The translations under genes were made by a program, and so were the position numbers. The notes beneath the pieces are model-generated. The model did no database searches. It had not been told where the DNA came from and saw only the letters and a list, made by a program, of their open reading frames with translations. Below, one piece after another: positions 18,111-25,244 of a stretch of 35,206 nt of DNA; position 1 is the first letter of the stretch, and the number at the start of each line of letters is the position of its first letter. This DNA is from a bacterium (GTDB lineage Bacteria > Patescibacteriota > Saccharimonadia > Saccharimonadales > UBA4665). The stretch spans positions 1 through 35,206 of the forward strand of contig JAJZCO010000001.1 of assembly GCA_021846095.1 (NCBI GenBank), given 5' to 3'.

Positions 18111-18182
18111 ATGAAAAAACAATATTCACCATTCCAAAAAGCAGCTATTGCTCTACTCGACTTACGCAAAACTCTAATATAG
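18111..18182 (+). CDS. 23-codon mini-ORF (MKKQYSPFQKAAIALLDLRKTLI), possibly the truncated 5' end of a native gene
   Basis: Strong RBS AAAGGAGG at 18093-18100. The stop at 18180-18182 coincides with the start of the GC-richer block. Confidence 0.3.
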   Translation: MKKQYSPFQKAAIALLDLRKTLI

Positions 18183-18211
18183 TGTCAAGGACCCCAAATA
18201 TTTGACACGTT

Positions 18212-18457
18212 GTGCGAGACTTTTTTAAACTTTTAATGTTTTGGCAAAAGCACGCAGTATTCACCCTGTCGGTCATTTGGCCATGGTGGTATTTATGCGG
18301 CGCTTTACAGATGAAGCAATCTCAAAGACTGTATCCGCGTCGGAAGACTCTACTGCTGAACATCTATATGCGTGCCCACGCAGCAGGTATGCGCGGAATC
18401 ACGGTTGACATGGATAAAATCCATAACCTTACTAAGCAGGCGAGCCACATCGAGTAG
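18212..18457 (+). CDS. Doubtful ORF or gene fragment inside the GC-rich block
   Basis: GTG start and no RBS. A second frame is open over the same DNA (..HPVGHLAMVVFMRRFTDEAISK..), which suggests a frameshifted remnant. Confidence 0.2.
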   Translation: MRDFFKLLMFWQKHAVFTLSVIWPWWYLCGALQMKQSQRLYPRRKTLLLNIYMRAHAAGMRGITVDMDKIHNLTKQASHIE

Positions 18458-18519
18458 CTAACACAACATAAATGTGGTAATTTAATAGTAAAGATAAAGG
18501 TATTAAAAAGAGATATTTT

Positions 18520-18984
18520 ATGAGTGACACTACTTTATTGTTTCAATACTGTCAAAAAATCGTAGTATTCAACGAAGCTCGTGACGCAGTTTTACTGGCA
18601 AAACGCAAGGGTGAAGCTGACTTCGACGGTACATTCTCATTTATTGGCGGAAAGCTAGAGACATTCGACGGTGGACTACTCTCTGGTCTACAACGAGAGA
18701 AGAACGAAGAAATTGGCACTACCGCGAAGCTAAAAATCTGTCCCTCACTTAGTCATAACGAGTACTATATCAAGAAGGACGGCGATGCTATGGTGCTACC
18801 CCACTATCTAGCAATATATACCGGTGGTGATATCGCGCTCAATGAGGAGTATTCCGAATATGAGTGGGTGAAGCTGTCCGAGCTACATGACTTTCAGCCA
18901 AAGATTAACACTATCGAGCCAGCGGTTCAATGGGCGCTACGAATTGCAGAAGTGACGCCAGAGGAAGAGTTCGTTGTTATTTAA
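18520..18984 (+). CDS. NUDIX hydrolase
   Basis: Nudix box GGKLETFDGGLLSGLQREKNEEIG (G.5E.7REuxEExGu). Hand count: 38 G+C in the 80 nt of 18581-18660, against 16 in the 60 nt of 19201-19260. Confidence 0.85.
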   Translation: MSDTTLLFQYCQKIVVFNEARDAVLLAKRKGEADFDGTFSFIGGKLETFDGGLLSGLQREKNEEIGTTAKLKICPSLSHNEYYIKKDGDAMVLPHYLAIYTGGDIALNEEYSEYEWVKLSELHDFQPKINTIEPAVQWALRIAEVTPEEEFVVI

Positions 18985-19077
18985 GTAAAAGGACACACGA
19001 CGCATGAGTGAATCGACTGGTTAGATTTATCTCATCATTCTAATGGACGGTACTTTAGTTGTCCGCCTCCCCTAATT

Positions 19078-19170
19078 CTAGACAGGTTGTGTATCCTTAA
19101 TTAAGTTAGCATAATTAACGGGGCTCATTCTTAATGACGTATGTATTCTTTTATGGTTGTAATAGTAAAA
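19078..19170 (-). pseudogene. C-terminal 30 codons of an rve-type (IS481/IS3-like) transposase
   Basis: The minus strand reads FYYYNHKRIHTSLRMSPVNYANLIKDTQPV* with its stop at 19078-19080. This is the typical YN..R.H..L...P tail of DDE integrase-type transposases. Nothing upstream is left; it abuts the stop of 19182-19991. Confidence 0.6.
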
Positions 19171-19181
19171 ACACCTAACTT

Positions 19182-19991
19182 TTAATTTATTTGAAGAGAT
19201 TTAATTATATTATATGTCGTCTGATCAATCAGACTAGTCTGTAACATCTTATTGGAAATTGTTAAAGGTGCAACGATACTACAACTGCTATTAGAACAAG
19301 AATCAAATGACACTATTATAAGAGGGCTTAACTTGAGTATATCGGTGGCAGGGATCTCTTGTAATTTTTGATAACCAAAGGCACCAGTAACATAAATACC
19401 GTCAAGACCACCCAAAACTGTTGTGGTTGGGTACTGAACAAATGTCAAATAAGTTTGACCACGCTGAACAGTAGTTGGAGCGTTATAGGAGATAAGCTGA
19501 GAACTATCAACTGCTGCCGAATAAGATCCAAAGGCCGTCGGTAAAACAGCTTGTTGATTAATAGTAATATTTATTTTGCCATTTAGGGTTATTAAATTAT
19601 CAGACGTTAGTTTAACTATCGGTGAAATAATTTTAATCAGCCCGTTACCATTATCATTAACCGTCCAATTGGTTGGATAATTAAAACTGAGGTTAGAAGT
19701 TGATGAATTATAGTTATTGGTTTTAATTACAAGTGAGTTAGACTTAGTTTTTTTATGATTAACAGGCTTATTAGCTTTATTAGATTTTGTCATAAAAAGA
19801 GAAAAGATAACAATAATCAATAATATTACTATAATAATTAGGCCATAAAAAAACTTCTTTGATTTCTTTTTTTTAGTTGGTCTTGGATTCACCTTAAAAT
19901 TACCGTAACTTTTAATCGGTGGTTCAACTACTCTATTGTCATAAAGTGATGATGGTTGATTAAATATTGGATCATGTGATTTTAAATCCAT
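19182..19991 (-). CDS. Membrane-anchored hypothetical extracytoplasmic protein
   Basis: ORF track. The ATG at 19991 is preferred over the TTG at 19994. Lys-rich segment, then the TM FFYGLIIIVILLIIVIFSLFM. Confidence 0.6.
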   Translation of the reverse strand: MDLKSHDPIFNQPSSLYDNRVVEPPIKSYGNFKVNPRPTKKKKSKKFFYGLIIIVILLIIVIFSLFMTKSNKANKPVNHKKTKSNSLVIKTNNYNSSTSNLSFNYPTNWTVNDNGNGLIKIISPIVKLTSDNLITLNGKINITINQQAVLPTAFGSYSAAVDSSQLISYNAPTTVQRGQTYLTFVQYPTTTVLGGLDGIYVTGAFGYQKLQEIPATDILKLSPLIIVSFDSCSNSSCSIVAPLTISNKMLQTSLIDQTTYNIIKSLQIN

Positions 19992-20056
19992 CAATCATAA
20001 TCATACCAAAAACTAAACTAAGGTAATAATCTAAAACAAAAGTCTTTAAGTTTAAA

Positions 20057-21361
20057 CTAAGGATTTAATCGATTAATATCTCTTGGGAACAAAATAGCTT
20101 CTTTAACATTACTAAGGCCAATCACTTTTTGGGTTAAACGATCAATACCAAAACCAAAGCCCCCATGAGGCGGTAATCCATATTTAAAAGCAGATACATA
20201 GGGTGCGAAAGCCGGACTATTAGGATCAATACCAGCTTTTTCCATCTGAGACACTAATTCTTGATAGCGATGCTCTCTTTGAGGAACGGTTGATATTTCA
20301 ATGCCTCGGAATAATAAATCAGCTGATCTAGCAACGCCATTCTCACCTTTCATGTGGTAAAACTTCATCTTTTTATCTGGCAAATCAGTTGCAAAAACAG
20401 CCTGACAATTTAAATGTTTAGCGGCATAATCACAGATCCATCTTTCTTCGTCAGGTATTAAATCCAGTTCTTGGCTGACATCATGCCCAGTCGCCTTCTG
20501 ATACATTTCATGTATCTCAGACATTTTATATCTAGGAAAACTGGGTTTTAATACTAGAGCAGGAGCATTTAAACGTTTTAACATATCGGCTGAAGTTTGA
20601 TAAAGTTTAGTTAAAACTTGATACAACATTGTCTCAAGTAGTTTTAAAACATCATCGTGGTTTTCAATAAAACCGATTTCAACATCTAACATGGTAACTT
20701 CCGAAACGTGTCGAGTAGTAGCACTAAGTTCTGCTCGAAAGGCTGGTCCAATTTCAAAAACTCTTTCAAAAACCCCTACCATAATTTGTTTATAAAGTTG
20801 AGGACTTTGAGCTAAGGTAGCTTCTTTACCGAAATAATCTAAATTAAATACTTCAGCTCCACCTTCAGCAGCTCCTCCAACTAGTTTAGGGGAATTAATT
20901 TCGACAAAATCTTCAGCGATTAAAAAATCTCTAATATAAGTAATCAAAAGTGCCCTCAGACGAAAAATATCAGACTCAGCTAAATTGCGTAAGCCAATAG
21001 GCCTGTTATCAAAAAGCGTATCAAGATTATCTGATTTATGCGATAAGGGTTTATCAATTTCAATTGGTGGTTCATTAATCACAGGAACCATGACAGTAAT
21101 TTGGGCCTGATGTAATTCAAAACCACCAGGAGCCCTGTCTTCTTGCTTAACTAGACCAGAAACCTCTAAAACAGTGCCAATTTGAAGACCTCTTAATTTT
21201 TCTATCTCATTTTCATCTTCAACTACAATCTGAACAATACCACGACGATCTCTAATGTTAATAAAGGTAATACCGCCTAGTAATCGTTTTTTATGTAACC
21301 AACCTTGAATTAGTATCGTTTGATCAACAAACTTAGCAATGTCAGAACTTAATATTCTCAT
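20057..21361 (-). CDS. aspS: Aspartate--tRNA ligase, short archaeal/class IIb type
   Basis: 434 aa. OB-fold N-terminus (GWLHKKRLLGGITFINIRDRRG), QSPQLYKQ, motif 2 FRAE, motif 3 GGFGFGIDRL. The QSPQ motif favours AspRS over AsnRS. Confidence 0.85.
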   Translation of the reverse strand: MRILSSDIAKFVDQTILIQGWLHKKRLLGGITFINIRDRRGIVQIVVEDENEIEKLRGLQIGTVLEVSGLVKQEDRAPGGFELHQAQITVMVPVINEPPIEIDKPLSHKSDNLDTLFDNRPIGLRNLAESDIFRLRALLITYIRDFLIAEDFVEINSPKLVGGAAEGGAEVFNLDYFGKEATLAQSPQLYKQIMVGVFERVFEIGPAFRAELSATTRHVSEVTMLDVEIGFIENHDDVLKLLETMLYQVLTKLYQTSADMLKRLNAPALVLKPSFPRYKMSEIHEMYQKATGHDVSQELDLIPDEERWICDYAAKHLNCQAVFATDLPDKKMKFYHMKGENGVARSADLLFRGIEISTVPQREHRYQELVSQMEKAGIDPNSPAFAPYVSAFKYGLPPHGGFGFGIDRLTQKVIGLSNVKEAILFPRDINRLNP

Positions 21362-21443
21362 AAAACCACTTCTTTTAATATCAATCTATTTTAGCATTAA
21401 ATCAATTCAAAAATAAATGTAATCTAGCGATAATAAATCAGTC

Positions 21444-22397
21444 TTAAAGATTAAGTAAAAAATCGGTAGGATCAATAAAACCATCTATATTAAATAAATA
21501 TCCGACAATTTTTTTAATATCAACCATACCAACAAAATTATTTGTGTCATCAAAAACTACTAAATTTGCCGAGGAAGATGCAGCCATCTTTTCTAATACC
21601 TGAAAAATACTATCGTTTATGGTAGCTTTAAATACATTTTTATCAGCTAAATCAGCAATTAAACCTTGACTATCAAGGCCGAGATTGTTTTTATTAATAG
21701 TACCAGCGATAATTCCTTGTTTATCATAAATTGGAATGTATTGATGATGAGATTTATAAATTTCATCAATAATTACTGGGCTAATTCTATCGTCGATATT
21801 AATTTTAGGAAAAACATCGATCGGAATGATTAAATCTTTAATATTTTGATTTTCAACATTAAGAATCTTAGTTATTCGATCCAGATCAGTCGCCAACATT
21901 CTATTATCTGCCTGGGATAATTGTTGATTAATTAAAAGATCTAGGTCTTCTAAATCATATAAACCCGTGTGATGATCTTTGTTTTTAAATTTTAGTAAAA
22001 AAGACAAACTAAAATGACCCGATAAAAAATCTACTAACTTATAAAAAAAAGGTAAAAAAATCAAACCGATTCTGATAGTTGAATTCCTTAATTTACCGTG
22101 ATATAAAAAAATACTCACAATAACTAAAGCTAATATAGCTAAAAACCCTAGATCAAATGGAACAATTTTAATTAATAGGACTAGACTTATACCAACCAAT
22201 AAGATTATTAGGAAAATTAATAAGCCTTCAATTTGATCGTGGAATTTTAATAATCTATTAATTTTAATTGCCAGGTGATCATTATTAACCGCCCTTTTTT
22301 TTATCTCTCTAGCTGGTATATAATTAAGGGTTTTAAATGAAATAAAAAACAGTAATCCGAAGATAAGTAAAATTAAACTAAATATAAAATTAAGCAT
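21444..22397 (-). CDS. DUF21/CNNM-like membrane protein with a CBS-domain pair (no CorC_HlyC tail)
   Basis: About 4 N-terminal TMs, then two CBS-like repeats (IPIYDKQGIIAGTINKNNL ... LVVFDDTNNFVGMVDIKKIV). Confidence 0.65.
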   Translation of the reverse strand: MLNFIFSLILLIFGLLFFISFKTLNYIPAREIKKRAVNNDHLAIKINRLLKFHDQIEGLLIFLIILLVGISLVLLIKIVPFDLGFLAILALVIVSIFLYHGKLRNSTIRIGLIFLPFFYKLVDFLSGHFSLSFLLKFKNKDHHTGLYDLEDLDLLINQQLSQADNRMLATDLDRITKILNVENQNIKDLIIPIDVFPKINIDDRISPVIIDEIYKSHHQYIPIYDKQGIIAGTINKNNLGLDSQGLIADLADKNVFKATINDSIFQVLEKMAASSSANLVVFDDTNNFVGMVDIKKIVGYLFNIDGFIDPTDFLLNL

Positions 22398-22491
22398 GCC
22401 TTTATCATATTATAATCTTTATAGGTTTTTTTATAGTTTATTCCAATTAATTTATGTATAATAAATTAAATAAAAGAGGGAAAATTATTTT

Positions 22492-23139
22492 ATGTCTAAA
22501 CAATTTTTAGGTGTTATTGTCGCGATTGTCGTTATTTTTTTCGGAGTTTACTACTTCTCTAGTCACAACAGTACAAAAACACGAACTACTAGCACAACAA
22601 CCAACTCTAAACCATCTGATCATGTCGAAGGACAAGGATCGACCGGAGTCACTTTAGTTGAATTCGGTGATTATGAATGTCCCTATTGTGGAGAATATTA
22701 CCCCATAGTTAAAGCGGTTGTTAAACAATATTATTCTCAAATTTATTTTCAATTCGTTAACTTCCCACTCGTTAGTATCCATCAAAATGCTTTCGCTGCC
22801 GCTAGAGCCGCCGAAGCTGCTTCTATGATGGGAGATTTTTGGCAGATGCATGATTTACTTTATCAAAATCAAAGCCAATGGGTTTCATCCAGCAATCCAC
22901 TTCCTTATTTCTTACTCTATGCTAAAAGTTTAGGACTCAATACTAATACCTTCCAAAAAGATTACAACTCTGACACAGTTAATAATGTTATTAATGCCGA
23001 TATGAATAAAGGAAACAGTCTAGGTATAGATGCCACCCCAACATTCTATTTAGACGGTAAACAAATTCAACCGATTAATACTACCAGTGCTTTCGATACC
23101 TTAATTAATGCTGCTATTGCCCAAAAAACAGGTAAATAG
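22492..23139 (+). CDS. Membrane-anchored DsbA-family thiol:disulfide oxidoreductase
   Basis: TM FLGVIVAIVVIFFGVYYF. Thioredoxin-fold CxxC active site in EFGDYECPYCGEYYP. C-terminal GIDATPTFYLDG (cis-Pro loop). Confidence 0.8.
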   Translation: MSKQFLGVIVAIVVIFFGVYYFSSHNSTKTRTTSTTTNSKPSDHVEGQGSTGVTLVEFGDYECPYCGEYYPIVKAVVKQYYSQIYFQFVNFPLVSIHQNAFAAARAAEAASMMGDFWQMHDLLYQNQSQWVSSSNPLPYFLLYAKSLGLNTNTFQKDYNSDTVNNVINADMNKGNSLGIDATPTFYLDGKQIQPINTTSAFDTLINAAIAQKTGK

Positions 23140-23540
23140 TAATCTGGTTCTATAAAAGTTGTTAGCCCTTATTTTATCGTAATATATCTCTAGTGAAATT
23201 AAAGACGCTTTAAAACTACCTTCAAAAGACGAAGTTAGATTTAAATCGAAACTAAAATCAGGTCATATAACAATGATACTTCTGCCGGATCACGCCCCAT
23301 ATGTCTCACCAGATGGTCACAGACACATCAAATATGGCAACAATAATTAAACTTACAGTAATTATTTAATAAGCAATGAAATTACGCCAGCTCTCATATT
23401 CAGTATAGACTGGAATATATTGCTCATTCTGCTTTATGATTTTTATTTTAATTGACATTTTTTACCCAACTCACTCTTTTATTTTTTATCTATTTTCTCT
23501 CATAAACTAATTGCTTATGACTATATTCTATATAATAAAA

Positions 23541-23597
23541 AGTTACTGACATTGTGTCAATAGCTAATTTAGGCGACTATTCCATGAAAGCAAGTAA
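23541..23597. repeat. Left terminal inverted repeat of the 1.2-kb cassette
   Basis: agttactgac[attgtgtcaat]agctaatttaggcgactattccatgaaagcaagtaa, against the reverse complement of the right arm agttgctgac[-]agctaaattagggcgactatcccatgatagcaagtaa. Confidence 0.8.
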
Positions 23598-23636
23598 GTT
23601 ATTTCACTCGGTAGTGTTTTAATAGCCGCCCAAACC

Positions 23637-23807
23637 CTAAAGCTTCCCCCGGCTGAAAAGACCTAGTATTCCCCCAATACCGGCTGCTATGCGTTGAGCT
23701 AAACTTTCCGATGGAAGTAAAAATGCTGGCACAAAACATACAAGATAGCCTAGAATATAAGCCACGACATATCCCAACATCCCAAGAAGATTTTTGATGA
23801 TCTGCAT
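23637..23807 (-). CDS. 56-aa hydrophobic small protein (MQIIKNLLGMLGYVVAYILGYLVCFVPAFLLPSESLAQRIAAGIGGILGLFSRGKL)
   Basis: Found by hand; it falls below the track's length cutoff. ATG at 23805-23807 and TAG at 23637-23639. One clear TM plus a Gly-rich amphipathic segment. No obvious RBS. Divergent from the DUF5678-like gene. Confidence 0.35.
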   Translation of the reverse strand: MQIIKNLLGMLGYVVAYILGYLVCFVPAFLLPSESLAQRIAAGIGGILGLFSRGKL

Positions 23808-23860
23808 ATCATAATTGTAACTACACTTACAACAGAGAACTTATTTATTGTACTCTGTTA

Positions 23861-23869
23861 TGTTATAAT
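23861..23869 (+). promoter_or_regulatory. Extended -10 promoter (TGtTATAAT) placed for a leaderless transcript of 23876
   Basis: tgttataat at 23861-23869, with the ATG 6 nt after the hexamer and no RBS. Inverted repeats aacagag (23831-23837)/ctctgtt (23853-23859) and ttgtaa (23815-23820)/ttacaa (23827-23832) lie just upstream. Confidence 0.4.
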
Positions 23870-23875
23870 GTCGTT

Positions 23876-24124
23876 ATGGAAGACTATACCCAAGAAGATG
23901 ACTTTAAATACTTTCTAGATAACCAAGAAGAGTTAATTAAAAAATATCCTAATAAGTTTTTAGTAATTAAAAACAAAAGTGTCATTGGAGCTTTTGACGA
24001 CCAAGTAACAGCTTACACAGAAACAACCAAATCCCATAAACCAGGCTCTTTTATTATTCAACATGCTTCAAAAAACTCAACAGACACACAGGTATTCCAT
24101 TCAAGAGTAATTTCTGCGGTTTAG
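23876..24124 (+). CDS. DUF5678-like small protein (82 aa)
   Basis: FLDNQEELIKKYPNKFLVIKNKSVIGAFDDQVTAY fits the remembered DUF5678 pattern (..eL..kY.gkwVAi.dg.Vv..gd....a). Its stop lies 3 nt before the next ATG. Confidence 0.55.
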   Translation: MEDYTQEDDFKYFLDNQEELIKKYPNKFLVIKNKSVIGAFDDQVTAYTETTKSHKPGSFIIQHASKNSTDTQVFHSRVISAV

Positions 24125-24127
24125 GCA

Positions 24128-24673
24128 ATGGAAGAACAAAGAGCATTCACTCGCAAGGCCGAGGGTTTAGTTAGAGAAATAAGAACAGAAGCCGGCATAT
24201 TTGAGGTAGCATCAAGTCAAATTTCAGTACCTAATAATTTTGAGAAGTTCAATGCAATATGGGATACGGGTGCGACAAATACTGCCATCGCCAGTACTGT
24301 AGTTAATAAACTGAAGCTGACCAGGGTTACCTTTGCCAAGGTGGGAACGGCTGGTGGTGAAATTAATGCACCAGTTTATTTAGTTAATATTATCTTGCCG
24401 AACAATGTAATTATACCCAATATCCAAGTGACCGAACTTAAAGATTTAAATAATTGTGACGTACTTGTAGGTATGGACATAATCTCTCAAGGAGATTTTG
24501 CAATAACACATCTAGACGGGAAAGCCTGTTTCTCGTTTAGGATGCCACCTTCTAGGCATGTTGATTTTGTACCGGAAAGTAATGAGCATAACAGACGTCT
24601 AACATTAAATAGGCTAAAAACGAATCAGAGCAAGAAGAACCTACCTAAACGAAAATTCAGAAAAAAACGTTAA
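24128..24673 (+). CDS. Retropepsin-like (clan AA) aspartic protease, single DTG domain, poly-basic C-terminal tail
   Basis: AIWDTGATNTAI (D-T-G-A active-site motif) and CDVLVGMDIISQGDFAI (typical second conserved block). The tail is NLPKRKFRKKR. Confidence 0.7.
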   Translation: MEEQRAFTRKAEGLVREIRTEAGIFEVASSQISVPNNFEKFNAIWDTGATNTAIASTVVNKLKLTRVTFAKVGTAGGEINAPVYLVNIILPNNVIIPNIQVTELKDLNNCDVLVGMDIISQGDFAITHLDGKACFSFRMPPSRHVDFVPESNEHNRRLTLNRLKTNQSKKNLPKRKFRKKR

Positions 24674-24700
24674 AAGCTAGATTTATCCTAGATGTTTACT

Positions 24701-24750
24701 TTACTTGCTACTATCATGGGATAGTCGCCCTAATTTAGCTGTCAGCAACT
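24701..24750. repeat. Right terminal inverted repeat of the 1.2-kb cassette
   Basis: ttacttgctatcatgggatagtcgccctaatttagctgtcagcaact is the reverse complement match to 23541-23597. It starts 28 nt after the protease stop. Confidence 0.8.
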
Positions 24751-24806
24751 TTATATCATGAAACTCACGTTAATCGGGTACAACTAGTCTGTAACAATAG
24801 TAAATT

Positions 24807-25073
24807 TTATTTAACTGTAGTAGTCGAAGAAGGTGTTTTGGTAGTAGTAGTGGTTGAGGAAGGTGTTTTGGTAGTAGTGGTCGAGGTTTTAATCTTAGAA
24901 AACTTGGGAGCAGGAGCATTAGCTATGTTACTGGCTGATTTATAAGTGTTATTTATATTTTTATTGGCATTATAAACATAGTATGAGATCGCACCAATCG
25001 CAAGTACTATAATCACTATCAAAATAACTTCTATCGGGCTAAATCCTTCTTGGTTGTTTTTAATCGTTGTCAT
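24807..25073 (-). CDS. Minimal type IV pilin/pseudopilin-like protein (88 aa)
   Basis: Class III signal: NNQEG/FSPIEVILIVIIVLAIGAISYY, with Gly at -1, Phe at +1 and Glu at +5. RBS AGGAG. The C-terminus is a tandem TTTTKTPSSTTT repeat, seen as about 30-nt DNA repeats at 24817-24890. Confidence 0.7.
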   Translation of the reverse strand: MTTIKNNQEGFSPIEVILIVIIVLAIGAISYYVYNANKNINNTYKSASNIANAPAPKFSKIKTSTTTTKTPSSTTTTTKTPSSTTTVK

Positions 25074-25244
25074 TATCTATCTCCTAATTATGCTTTTATC
25101 ATATAGCTTATGTTTAAAATAGACAACTATTATTGATTTACTGGCTAAATTACAAACATTTTTAAAAAAAATAGTCCGATCAATCTATCACAAAATTTAG
25201 ATGAGGTTAGATAGTTTAAAGATAAATATGATCTAGCTAAAAAA

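Noticed and set aside
22654-22851. 65-aa minus-strand ORF
   Set aside because: It is antisense inside the DsbA-like gene.
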